The notes under the pieces: generated by a model
Told to the model about the DNA's origin: nothing
Databases searched by the model: none
What the model saw: the letters and a program-made list of their open reading frames with translations, nothing else
Part shown: piece by piece, positions 26,543 through 35,144 of the stretch
Numbering within the stretch: the stretch's first letter is position 1
Layout: every line of letters begins with the position of its first letter
Made by a program: the position numbers and the translations under genes
Assembly: GCA_964464535.1 (NCBI GenBank)
Contig: CAYXGJ010000002.1
Location: forward strand, 77,989 to 141,988
Source of the DNA: an uncultured Thermodesulfatator sp.
GTDB lineage: Bacteria > Desulfobacterota > Thermodesulfobacteria > Thermodesulfobacteriales > Thermodesulfobacteriaceae
DNA length: 64,000 nucleotides
Direction of reading: 5' to 3'

Positions 26543-28021
26543 ATGAGAAAAAGAGAAACCTGGGCAACTCAAATAGGTCTTATTTTAGCAGCTGCAGGCA
26601 ATGCTATTGGTCTTGGGAATATTTTAAGATTTCCTTCTAAGGTTGCATTATATGGAGGGGGAGCCTTTGTGGTCCCTTATCTTATTTCTCTTTTTTTGTT
26701 AGGGTTTCCTCTTATGATTTTAGAATGGGTTATAGGAAGATACGCAGGCTCAAAAGGACACGGTTCTATGATTGGGATAATGGGAGTGTTTTTTAATCAA
26801 AGCCCCTTATCGAGAATAATAGGGAGTTTAGGTGTAGCTATCCCTTTTCTCATTGTTTGTTATTATATATATATAGAATCTTGGACTCTTGGTTTTGCCT
26901 TTTTATCCCTTTTTAAAAAACTTCCTCAATCTATTGAATATACCGATCCTAATCTTGCATTAATACCCTTTTTGAAGTTTTATAAAAAGTATACTCAACC
27001 TTCTTTCTTAGCCATCCTTTTTCTTTTAATAACTTTGGCACTTAATTGGTATATTTTAAAAAGAGGAGTTGTTAAAGGAATTGAATTTACAGCTAAAATT
27101 GGAATGCCTTTACTTTTTTTAATGGGTATTTTTTTATCCATAGTTTCTCTTTCTATAAATAATTGGAAAGGGATTGAGGGTCTTTATTTTATATTTAAAC
27201 CAAATTTTTCAAAATTGGTTGATCCTCAGGTATGGGTAGAAGCTTCTGGTCAGATATTTTTTACACTTTCCTTAGCTATGGGTGCCATAGCTACTTATGC
27301 AAGTTATGTAAAAAAGAACGAAGATGTGATAAAGGTAGGAATTTATACAGCTTTATTAAATGAATTAGCAGAAATAGGGATAGGTGCTTCTATTGCTATT
27401 CCTGCAGCTTTTGCTATTTTCGGAGCCTCCTCTATTCCTCAACTTGCTCAAGAAGGAACATTTAGACTTGGTTTTATGAGTATGCCAGCTATTTTAGTAA
27501 GTTTACCCTTTGGATATATTTTTTCTTTTATTTGGTTTCTCTTACTTTTTATTGCAGCTTTTACCTCTTCTTTAGCTCTTATTCAGCCATTAGTTGCACT
27601 TTTTGAAGATGAATTAAAATTTTCTCATAATTTAGCAGTTAATCTTTCTATGAGTATGGTAGCCTTTGGTGCTTTTCTTTCTGCTTTTGTTCCTAATTTC
27701 TTGGATGAATTAGATTTTTGGGCAGGAGCAGTATTTTTAATTCTTTTTGCCTTTATAGAAATTTTGGTTTTTGTTTGGTTATTTGGGGTAGACAATTTTT
27801 ATAAAGAATTAACCACAGACACTTTTTTGAAAATTTCCAAAGTAATGGTTTATGGTTTTTATGGATTTTCTTTGATCTTTTTAGGAATTCTTTTTTATTT
27901 TTGGATTTTGATAAAATTACCCCAATATTTTCAAAATATTACCTGGAATATAGTTGTAGCTAGAGGTTTTATTATAGTAACTATTTTTACTTTAAGTTTA
28001 TTGGCTATTAAAAGTAAATAA
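26543..28021 (+). CDS. Sodium-dependent amino-acid transporter, NSS/SLC6 family (LeuT-like)
   Basis: RETWATQIGLILAAAGNAIGLGNILRFP, GGGAFVVPY, YYIYIESW, QIFFTLSL, TSSLALIQP. Confidence 0.93.
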   Translation: MRKRETWATQIGLILAAAGNAIGLGNILRFPSKVALYGGGAFVVPYLISLFLLGFPLMILEWVIGRYAGSKGHGSMIGIMGVFFNQSPLSRIIGSLGVAIPFLIVCYYIYIESWTLGFAFLSLFKKLPQSIEYTDPNLALIPFLKFYKKYTQPSFLAILFLLITLALNWYILKRGVVKGIEFTAKIGMPLLFLMGIFLSIVSLSINNWKGIEGLYFIFKPNFSKLVDPQVWVEASGQIFFTLSLAMGAIATYASYVKKNEDVIKVGIYTALLNELAEIGIGASIAIPAAFAIFGASSIPQLAQEGTFRLGFMSMPAILVSLPFGYIFSFIWFLLLFIAAFTSSLALIQPLVALFEDELKFSHNLAVNLSMSMVAFGAFLSAFVPNFLDELDFWAGAVFLILFAFIEILVFVWLFGVDNFYKELTTDTFLKISKVMVYGFYGFSLIFLGILFYFWILIKLPQYFQNITWNIVVARGFIIVTIFTLSLLAIKSK

Positions 28022-28030
28022 AATGTTACC

Positions 28031-28058
28031 TTGACAAAGAAAAAATTGAGAATATATT
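28031..28058 (+). promoter_or_regulatory. Sigma70-type promoter of tRNA-Leu
   Basis: TTGACA 28031-28036, 16 nt, TATATT 28053-28058, ending 10 nt upstream of the tRNA. Confidence 0.55.
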
Positions 28059-28068
28059 AAAATTTAAC

Positions 28069-28155
28069 GCCGAGGTGGCGGAATTGGAAGACGCGCTGGC
28101 TTGAGGGGCTAGTGGACGCAAGTCCGTGCGGGTTCGAGTCCCGCCCTCGGCACCA
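28069..28155 (+). tRNA. tRNA-Leu(GAG), 87 nt, encoded CCA
   Basis: Acceptor GCCGAGG/CCTCGGC+A+CCA; anticodon arm CTGGC-TT-GAG-GG-GCTAG; long variable arm GGAC-GCAA-GTCC; T-loop GGTTCGAGTCC. Confidence 0.97.
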
Positions 28156-28159
28156 TAAA

Positions 28160-28993
28160 TTACTTTTTTTCTCTTTTAGGATTTAAAATTTCTTGCAAAG
28201 TCTCTCCTAATAAAGTAAAAGCAAGTACAGTAATTAAAATTGCAAATCCTGGGAAAATAGATAGCCACCAAGCAACTTCTAAAGTTTCTTTCCCTTCTAT
28301 TAAAATATTTCCCCAAGAAGGGATTGGTGGTTGAACTCCTATTCCTAAAAAGGACAAAGCAGACTCAATAAGAATAGCCTGTCCCAAACCTAAAGAAGCT
28401 GAGACCATAATAGGTGGTAAAGCATTAGGAATAAGATGTTTAAATATAATTCTAAAAGTTTCTGCTCCATAAACTTTGGCTATTAAAACAAAATCCCTCT
28501 CTTTTAAAGACATCATTTCTGCTCTAACAAGCCTTGCCACTCCCATCCAGCTTGTAACCCCAATTACAATCATTATAGTTAAAATAGAAGGTTCTAAATA
28601 GGCAATCACTGCTAAAATTAAAAATATAGTTGGGAAACAAAGCATTATATCTATAAAACGAGAAATAATTTGATCTACTATTCCTCCTAAATAACCAGCA
28701 AGGGAACCTAAAAATACCCCTATTCCAATAGAAATTCCTACTGCAACAAGACTTACTTCTAAAGAAATTCTTGAAGCATAAATCATTCGGCTTAAAACAT
28801 CTCTTCCAAGAAGATCAGTTCCTAATGGATGTGTAAAAGATGGGGGGAGAAGAATTTTATCTACATTTATTTCAAAAGGGTCATAGGGAGAGAGACAAGG
28901 AGCAAATAGAGCAAGAATCACTAAAATTAAAATTATTATGAGAGAAGTGAAACCTATTTTATGTTTTATAAGTTCTTTTAAAACTTCTTTCAT
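28160..28993 (-). CDS. oppC: Peptide/nickel ABC transporter permease (OppC/DppC)
   Basis: HPLGTDLLGRD, ARLVRAEMM, IIFKHLIPN, ESALSFLGIG, WWLSIFPG. Confidence 0.9.
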   Translation of the reverse strand: MKEVLKELIKHKIGFTSLIIILILVILALFAPCLSPYDPFEINVDKILLPPSFTHPLGTDLLGRDVLSRMIYASRISLEVSLVAVGISIGIGVFLGSLAGYLGGIVDQIISRFIDIMLCFPTIFLILAVIAYLEPSILTIMIVIGVTSWMGVARLVRAEMMSLKERDFVLIAKVYGAETFRIIFKHLIPNALPPIMVSASLGLGQAILIESALSFLGIGVQPPIPSWGNILIEGKETLEVAWWLSIFPGFAILITVLAFTLLGETLQEILNPKREKK

Positions 28994-29973
28994 TTGCTTT
29001 CTAATCTTATTCTTGGATCAGCAAGGGCGTAGCCTATATCTGCAAGAAAGTTTCCAAGAAGGGTAAGAAAAGAGATTAAAAATAGATTTGCCATTATTAC
29101 AGGATAATCTCTTGCCATAACTGCCTGCCACATTAATTGTCCAACTCCTGGGATACCAAAAATAGTTTCAAATATTACGCTTCCTCCAATTAATCCAGGA
29201 AGAGAAAGTCCTAAAATGGTAATAAGGGGTAAAAGAGCATTTCTTAAAGCATGTTTATAAATTATTACCTTTTTGGGAAGACCTTTAGCTCTGGCAAAAA
29301 GGATAAAATCTGACTTTAAAACCTCATAAGTTGAATTTCTTACATACCTTAAAACCCCGGCCATTCCTCCGAAAGTAGCTACAAATAAAGGACAGATAAG
29401 ATGTTTAGCCCAATCTAAGATTTTTTGTAAAAGGCTCATTTCATCATAACCAATAGTAGAATGAAGTCCTGAAATGGGAAGTAATTGAAGTTTTACTCCA
29501 AAAATCATCATTAATATTATAGCTAACCAGAAACTCGGCATGGCATATCCTATAAAAGTGATAATGGTAGTGATTCTATCAAAAGTACTTTCTGCTTTTA
29601 CTGCAGAATAAACACCTAAAGGAATGCTAAATAAAAGAATTAAAAGCAAGGATAAAGCATTTATAAAAATAGTTATGGGAAGCCTTTCTCTTATTTTATC
29701 CCAAACAGGTCTTTGATCTAAAGAAAAGGATTTTCCAAAATCAAGTTTTATAATTCCTTTTAACCAATTTAAATATTGTATATAAAGGGGCTTATCAAGT
29801 CCATACATTTTTACCAATTTTTCTCTATATTCAGGTGTAATTTTGGGATTAAACTCTGTTAAAGGACTTAATGGCCCTCCCGGAGCAAGATGAATAATAG
29901 AAAAGCTGATTATAGTTATTCCCAGAAGTGTAATTATAAGAGTTAAAAATCTTTTTAAAAGAAAGACAATCAT
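28990..29973 (-). CDS. oppB: Peptide/nickel ABC transporter permease (OppB/DppB)
   Basis: GLDKPLYIQY, DFGKSF, ARAKGL, KHALRNALLP, GSVIFETIF, RDYPVI, DPRIR. Confidence 0.9.
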   Translation of the reverse strand: MIVFLLKRFLTLIITLLGITIISFSIIHLAPGGPLSPLTEFNPKITPEYREKLVKMYGLDKPLYIQYLNWLKGIIKLDFGKSFSLDQRPVWDKIRERLPITIFINALSLLLILLFSIPLGVYSAVKAESTFDRITTIITFIGYAMPSFWLAIILMMIFGVKLQLLPISGLHSTIGYDEMSLLQKILDWAKHLICPLFVATFGGMAGVLRYVRNSTYEVLKSDFILFARAKGLPKKVIIYKHALRNALLPLITILGLSLPGLIGGSVIFETIFGIPGVGQLMWQAVMARDYPVIMANLFLISFLTLLGNFLADIGYALADPRIRLESK

Positions 29974-30671
29974 GTTATCTTTAACCCTCTTTTTCTCTCA
30001 GCTTCAGATGGTTTTAGGTAAAAGGGTAAAAGAGTTTCAGCAGACTTTAATTCAGCCACTCCCTGCTTTAACTTTATATAAGCTAACTTAGCTACTAAAC
30101 TAGCACTTAAATGAGGAGAAAAAGGTGGTTCAAAAAAAAGACTTTCTAAATTACTTTTAAGAAAATCTCTCCATTTATCTAAAGTTTCACTTAAGAATAA
30201 AGAGGGAGCATTTATATAAAAGGGCAAATCTTTTAAAGGTATACATAAAGGTGGAATAATAGTTTTTAAATTAAAATTTTCCCATTTATAAGAAGCAAAA
30301 AATATTTCTTTACTATAGGCATCAATAAGACTTACTATATTTCCAGAATAATTGACAAAATTAACTGTTAAAACTTCTAAACTTGAAACAGGAATAACAG
30401 GTCTTGGATAGACTAAATTTAGTCCTTTTAAAATAGAAAGTCCAATTCTTAAACCTGTAAAACTTCCTGGTCCTATATCTATAGCATAATAATCCAAATC
30501 CTCTAAAGAAAAATTTAAATTTTTTTCAAGAAAAGGAAGACCTTTAAAAATAATATTTGAATAGGACTCCTTAGAAAATAAAGTTACTTCACCTAAAAGA
30601 ATCTCTTTAAAAAAGGCTATTCCTCCAGTTTTTCCAGAGGTTTCAATAGCAAGAATTAAGGGAGATTCCAT
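29970..30671 (-). CDS. tsaB: tRNA threonylcarbamoyladenosine biosynthesis protein TsaB
   Basis: ILAIETS, GPGSFTGLRIG, PVIPVSSL, PFYLKPSEAE. Confidence 0.92.
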   Translation of the reverse strand: MESPLILAIETSGKTGGIAFFKEILLGEVTLFSKESYSNIIFKGLPFLEKNLNFSLEDLDYYAIDIGPGSFTGLRIGLSILKGLNLVYPRPVIPVSSLEVLTVNFVNYSGNIVSLIDAYSKEIFFASYKWENFNLKTIIPPLCIPLKDLPFYINAPSLFLSETLDKWRDFLKSNLESLFFEPPFSPHLSASLVAKLAYIKLKQGVAELKSAETLLPFYLKPSEAERKRGLKIT

Positions 30672-31735
30672 CCCTTTAAAAGCTTTAAAATGTCATTATA
30701 AAAAACTGCTAGGCTAAGGGCAATAATCAAAATAAGACCAATTTTAAAGATAAGTTCTTGAGTTTTTAGAGAAAGAGGTTTTTTTCTAATAGCTTCAATT
30801 CCAAAAAGAACAAGATGCCCTCCATCAAGCATAGGAAGAGGTAATATATTTATTACACCTAAATTTACAGAAAGAATAGCTGTAAAAGAAAATAGATAAG
30901 AGATTCCCATTTTTGCAGTTTCTCCTGCCATTTTTCCAATAGTAATTGGTCCTCCAAGGGTTGAAAAAGGCATTTCTCCTATGAAAAGTTTGTAAATAGC
31001 TACAAAAATAAGACCTACAAGTTCTACTACCTTTTCAATAGCTAAATTGAAAGCAGAAAATAGATTATGTTTTTGGTGGATAATTTCTTCAGAAGATTTT
31101 ATTCCTATTACAGGAATTTTTGTTTTTTTACCAAAAATATTATAATCTTCTTTAAGTTCTGGTTTGATTTTTACTTCAAAAATTTGGTTATCTCTTCTTA
31201 TTTTTAAAGTTATTAATTTTGAAACCTCTTTAGTCCTTAGAAAAAAGACAAGTTCTTGAAAAGATTTGACCTTTTTTCCATTTATTTCAAGTATTTCGTC
31301 TCCAGGTCTTAGTCCTACTTTTTCAGCAGGGGAGCCAGGCAAGATTTTACCAATTTTAGCAGGCACTATATAAGTTCCTATACTGGTAAAAAGAAACCAG
31401 AAAATAAAAATAGCTAAAACAAAATTAGCTAAAGGTCCTGCAATTACTATAATAGCTTTTTGTAAAGGTGTTTTAAAGGCAAAAGCCTTTTCAGGTTTTT
31501 CTAAAAGAGAGAGATTTTCCTGATGTTCTCCGTAAAGTTTAACATAACCTCCTAAAGGTATGAGAGAAAGCCTGTATTCAGTTTCTTCAGTTTTCAATCC
31601 AATAAGACGAGGTCCAAAACCTAAAGAAAAAATTTCAACCCTAACACCCATTAATTTAGCAGCTAAAAAGTGACCCCATTCATGAACAAAAATGAGAACA
31701 CCTATTACTAAAATAGCAACAATTAAAGTAATCAT
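30656..31735 (-). CDS. rseP: Site-2 intramembrane metalloprotease RseP
   Basis: HEWGH, PLGGYV, AGPLAN, PDZ domain, NILPLPMLDGGH. Confidence 0.95.
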   Translation of the reverse strand: MITLIVAILVIGVLIFVHEWGHFLAAKLMGVRVEIFSLGFGPRLIGLKTEETEYRLSLIPLGGYVKLYGEHQENLSLLEKPEKAFAFKTPLQKAIIVIAGPLANFVLAIFIFWFLFTSIGTYIVPAKIGKILPGSPAEKVGLRPGDEILEINGKKVKSFQELVFFLRTKEVSKLITLKIRRDNQIFEVKIKPELKEDYNIFGKKTKIPVIGIKSSEEIIHQKHNLFSAFNLAIEKVVELVGLIFVAIYKLFIGEMPFSTLGGPITIGKMAGETAKMGISYLFSFTAILSVNLGVINILPLPMLDGGHLVLFGIEAIRKKPLSLKTQELIFKIGLILIIALSLAVFYNDILKLLKGWNLP

Positions 31736-32895
31736 TTATTAGCACCTTCAATAAGATTTTTAGTAAATTCACAAACTTTTTTATGAAGCTCTAAAGCTTC
31801 ATAAATATTTTTTAAATTAATAGAGGGTATTTTAAATTCATTTAATGTTTTTTCAAGAAAATATGGAATTTTATCAAAACTGATTTTATAAGAAAGAAAA
31901 GCATCAACTACTACTTCATCTGCAGCCTCTAATATTAAAGGATAAGTTCCTCCCAGTTTTCCCGCTTTATAAGCAAGTTTTAAACAAGGGAACTTTTTAA
32001 AACTTGGTTTTTCAAAAATAAGTTTTTTTATCTTTTTAAGATCAAGATTTTCTATAGGTACCTCAGTTCTTTCTGGATAATTTAAAGCATAAGCTATAGC
32101 AATTTTCATATCAGCAGGGCTTACATGCATTAAATAACAACCATCAATAAGTTTAACTATTCCATGGACTAATCCTTGAGGATGAATAACTACTTCAATT
32201 TTATCTAAAGGGAAATCAAATAATATCATTGCCTCAAGTACTTCAAAACCTTTATTCATTAAAGTTGCAGAATCTACAGAAATTTTTTTACCCATTCTCC
32301 ATATGGGATGAGATATAGCTTTTTCAGGTGTTATTTTATGAAATTCTTTTAAAGGAGTTTTGTAAAAAGGACCTCCTGAAGCAGTAAGAATAAGTTTTTC
32401 TACATATATTTTTTTCTCTTTTTGCAATAACTGAAAAAAAGCAGAATGCTCACTATCTACAGGAATAAGTTCGGCTTGGTTTTTTTGAGCAACCTCTTTT
32501 AAAAGATTTCCAAGAGATATAATACATTCCTTATTTGCTATAGCTACCCTTTTTCCTGTTTTTAAAGCATAATAGGTGGGAATAAGAGCTTTTATTCCAG
32601 AAATTCCTATAATTACTGTATTTATAGAATCTAAAGAAGCAAGTTCTTTTAATCCCTCATCTCCCCATAATACTTCAGCCTTATAGCTTAAAGAAGAGTT
32701 TAAAACTTTTGCATCTTCTTCTTTTTCTACAACTATATAAGGTACTTTAAAGGTTTCTGAAAGTTTTTGAAGTTCTTTAATTTTTGATCTTGCTGTAAGA
32801 CCTATTATTTTAAATCTATGGGGATGTCTTTTAATATACTCTATAGTTGCTTTTCCTATAGATCCTGTAGCTCCAAAGATTACCAAGTTTTTCAT
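31732..32895 (-). CDS. dxr: 1-deoxy-D-xylulose-5-phosphate reductoisomerase
   Basis: GATGSIG, ANKE, PVDSEH, LTASGGPF, MGKKISVDSATLMNKG. Confidence 0.96.
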   Translation of the reverse strand: MKNLVIFGATGSIGKATIEYIKRHPHRFKIIGLTARSKIKELQKLSETFKVPYIVVEKEEDAKVLNSSLSYKAEVLWGDEGLKELASLDSINTVIIGISGIKALIPTYYALKTGKRVAIANKECIISLGNLLKEVAQKNQAELIPVDSEHSAFFQLLQKEKKIYVEKLILTASGGPFYKTPLKEFHKITPEKAISHPIWRMGKKISVDSATLMNKGFEVLEAMILFDFPLDKIEVVIHPQGLVHGIVKLIDGCYLMHVSPADMKIAIAYALNYPERTEVPIENLDLKKIKKLIFEKPSFKKFPCLKLAYKAGKLGGTYPLILEAADEVVVDAFLSYKISFDKIPYFLEKTLNEFKIPSINLKNIYEALELHKKVCEFTKNLIEGANK

Positions 32896-32907
32896 TCTGA
32901 ATTAATT

Positions 32908-33261
32908 TTATTTGGTACTTTCTGGGAACTTTAGAGGTTCTTTTGGAGGTATAGGTATAGAAGGAGGAATAGGAGGTGAAGTTTCATTAGAAACTTGGAC
33001 TTGAGGAATACTAGTTTTTAATATCAAGGGTTTGTGCTTTTCTGTAAAAACTTTAGTAAGAAGAACGGAATTTAAGAAAAAAAGCAAAACAAGAATCATA
33101 GTAACTTTATTTAAAAAATTAGTAGGTCCTGCTCCACCAAAGATTGCTTCTGCTCCTCTAAAAACTGCTCCATATTCAGAACCTTTGGTTACATTTACCA
33201 AAACTATAAGAATAATAAGAATAGCTAATATTATTTGTAATACAATTAAAAAAGTTTCCAT
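32908..33261 (-). CDS. secG: Preprotein translocase subunit SecG
   Basis: Two TMs around a Gly-rich loop (KGSEYGAVF...IFGGAGPTNFLNKVT); Pro-rich tail. Confidence 0.82.
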   Translation of the reverse strand: METFLIVLQIILAILIILIVLVNVTKGSEYGAVFRGAEAIFGGAGPTNFLNKVTMILVLLFFLNSVLLTKVFTEKHKPLILKTSIPQVQVSNETSPPIPPSIPIPPKEPLKFPESTK

Positions 33262-33276
33262 TTTTTTCCTCTGAAA

Positions 33277-34467
33277 TTATCTCATAGGAAAAAGTTTTGT
33301 ACCAGGTAAACTTTCTATGGGTTCAGTTAAAAACATTTCTCCTTTTTTTATCCAGTTTTTAAGTATTTCTGCAATTTTTCTTGCTTTAAAGAAACTAGAT
33401 ATAGGATAAGTTGGTACTTCTTTACCCAAGATATTTATTTTTCCATTTTTTAATTCTGCATAACTTACAATTCCATAATTTCTTTTTATTCCGTTAGGAT
33501 AATCGTAGGAATAATCTACTACCTGAGTAAAAAGATCTTCATCAGAAAGTCCCGCCCATTCAGCAACTTGTTCATTTAAAATAGGTATAGGGATTCCTAA
33601 TCCCACAGCTAAGGAACATCCATAACCTATATGGCTTGTTCCAACAAGCCATTCAGGGGTCATCTCTTTCAAATTACCTATAACCATAAGGGTTGCTGCT
33701 GGTTGAATGGGTACTCCCTTAGGAGTTCTTTTTACTTCCATATTATGTTGAGTTCCACACCAGATCACATATCCTTTTGCTCCTCCAAGAAAAATTCTTG
33801 TTCCTATACCTATAGTTTTTAAATAGGGATCCTTAAGTAATGGTGAAAGAGCCCCTGCAGTAGCGTAATTGGCATTTCCAAGATTGGGTTTTAAAACTCC
33901 CATATAGGTATATAAAATCTTATCTGATAGGTTTATTGCACAATTATAATTTTGATAAGCATTTCTTGGATTACATAATACTGCATTCTTTAAATCATGA
34001 ATAGTTATTTCTGCTTCATAAGTCCTTCTTGGATAACAGTGGGTTCCATATCCCAGAGCTCTTAAATATATTTTTTTCCCAGCTACTAAATCATGAATTA
34101 CATGGCCACCACCGTAAAGAAATTGTCCAGGAAAAACTTTATTAAGAGGATCATCTTCTCTTGTCTCAGTTGCACCTATATAAAAATCGACCGCAGCAAG
34201 TCCTCCATAAGCTGGAACATCATTTAACCACACTCTATAAGCTTTAATAGTAGGAATAGTATGTCCAAAATTAATGAAAGCACCTGAAGAACACATGGGA
34301 GAAAATGTTCCAGTGGTAACTACATCAACTTCTTTAGCTGCTTGAACTGGTCCCACTTCTTTTACAAGTTTAGAAAATTCTTCCGCAGTTAATACTACTA
34401 CTTCACCTTTTTCAATTTTTTTATTTATTTCTTCTATGGTTCTTTTTACCTTAAATTCATTGTTCAT
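33277..34467 (-). CDS. DUF39 homocysteine biosynthesis protein (aspartate-semialdehyde sulfurtransferase, MA1821/MJ0100-like), without CBS domains
   Basis: TIEEINKKI...DVVTTGTFSPMCSSGA, YGGGHVI, NPRNAYQNY, PLLKDP, YGCSLAVGLGIPIP. Confidence 0.85.
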   Translation of the reverse strand: MNNEFKVKRTIEEINKKIEKGEVVVLTAEEFSKLVKEVGPVQAAKEVDVVTTGTFSPMCSSGAFINFGHTIPTIKAYRVWLNDVPAYGGLAAVDFYIGATETREDDPLNKVFPGQFLYGGGHVIHDLVAGKKIYLRALGYGTHCYPRRTYEAEITIHDLKNAVLCNPRNAYQNYNCAINLSDKILYTYMGVLKPNLGNANYATAGALSPLLKDPYLKTIGIGTRIFLGGAKGYVIWCGTQHNMEVKRTPKGVPIQPAATLMVIGNLKEMTPEWLVGTSHIGYGCSLAVGLGIPIPILNEQVAEWAGLSDEDLFTQVVDYSYDYPNGIKRNYGIVSYAELKNGKINILGKEVPTYPISSFFKARKIAEILKNWIKKGEMFLTEPIESLPGTKLFPMR

Positions 34468-34478
34468 TTTAAAATCTC

Positions 34479-35075
34479 CTATTCAACTAAAGATATAACT
34501 TTATGTCCGGAAGTTTCCAAATCTGAAGCTATTTTATCAAGAGCTATTTTTTCAAGTCTTATAAAATATACTTTTTCTCCGTTTAAATTAACATCCATTC
34601 CAATAGAAATTATTTTTCCTCCACCCTTTCTTATTATTTCAAGGACTTCATCTAAGTTATCTTTTTTAGGAATGACATCTAAACGAGAGGAAGACTTAAG
34701 AAGCCCCATCAATTCAATAAAAGCCTCTAAAATGTCAGTAATAGTAATAATTCCTACTAATTTACCCTCTGTAATTACTGGAAGACCACCTATTTTATAT
34801 TTATATATAATTCTTGCTGCTTCATCAATTGAAGTTTCAGGATCTACAGTAATAGGATTTAAAATCATAACCTCCTTTAAAGGAAGTTGCAATTTTTCAG
34901 AGGAAAGATAAGCTCTTAAATTGCTTTCAGTTACAAGTCCTACTAATTTTCCATTTTCTATAACAATAGGAATATGCCTAATAGAAAATCGTCTCATTAG
35001 TTGTATTGCCTCTTCTACAGTATCTTCTGGGGAGGCTATAATTACTTCTGTAATCATCCAGTTCTTAACCTTCAT
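34479..35075 (-). CDS. CBS-pair + ACT-like domain protein (AcuB-like architecture)
   Basis: Two CBS motifs (IRHIPIV...LVGLVTE; IGGLPVI...LVGIITITD) plus a C-terminal ACT-like segment. Confidence 0.85.
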   Translation of the reverse strand: MKVKNWMITEVIIASPEDTVEEAIQLMRRFSIRHIPIVIENGKLVGLVTESNLRAYLSSEKLQLPLKEVMILNPITVDPETSIDEAARIIYKYKIGGLPVITEGKLVGIITITDILEAFIELMGLLKSSSRLDVIPKKDNLDEVLEIIRKGGGKIISIGMDVNLNGEKVYFIRLEKIALDKIASDLETSGHKVISLVE

Positions 35076-35107
35076 AAGGCTAATCTCCCTTTTTGTTTTT
35101 TTTGAAA

Positions 35108-35135
35108 ACTATACCACAAAAATTAAAAAATACAA
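35108..35135 (-). promoter_or_regulatory. Sigma70-type promoter for the CBS-DUF39-secG-dxr operon
   Basis: Minus strand: TTGTAT 35135-35130, 16 nt, TGG-TATAGT (extended -10) 35113-35108; SD AGGGAG before ATG 35075. Confidence 0.55.
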
Positions 35136-35144
35136 AAAAATAAA

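Noticed and set aside
28069-28155. tRNA-Leu as attachment site of a genomic island or prophage
   Set aside because: No integrase, no duplicated tRNA 3' end, no compositional shift; flanks are housekeeping genes.
26543-28155. T-box or functional link between the LeuT-like transporter and tRNA-Leu
   Set aside because: The upstream gap is only about 105 bp with no T-box-like structure, and the tRNA has its own promoter; probably coincidental.
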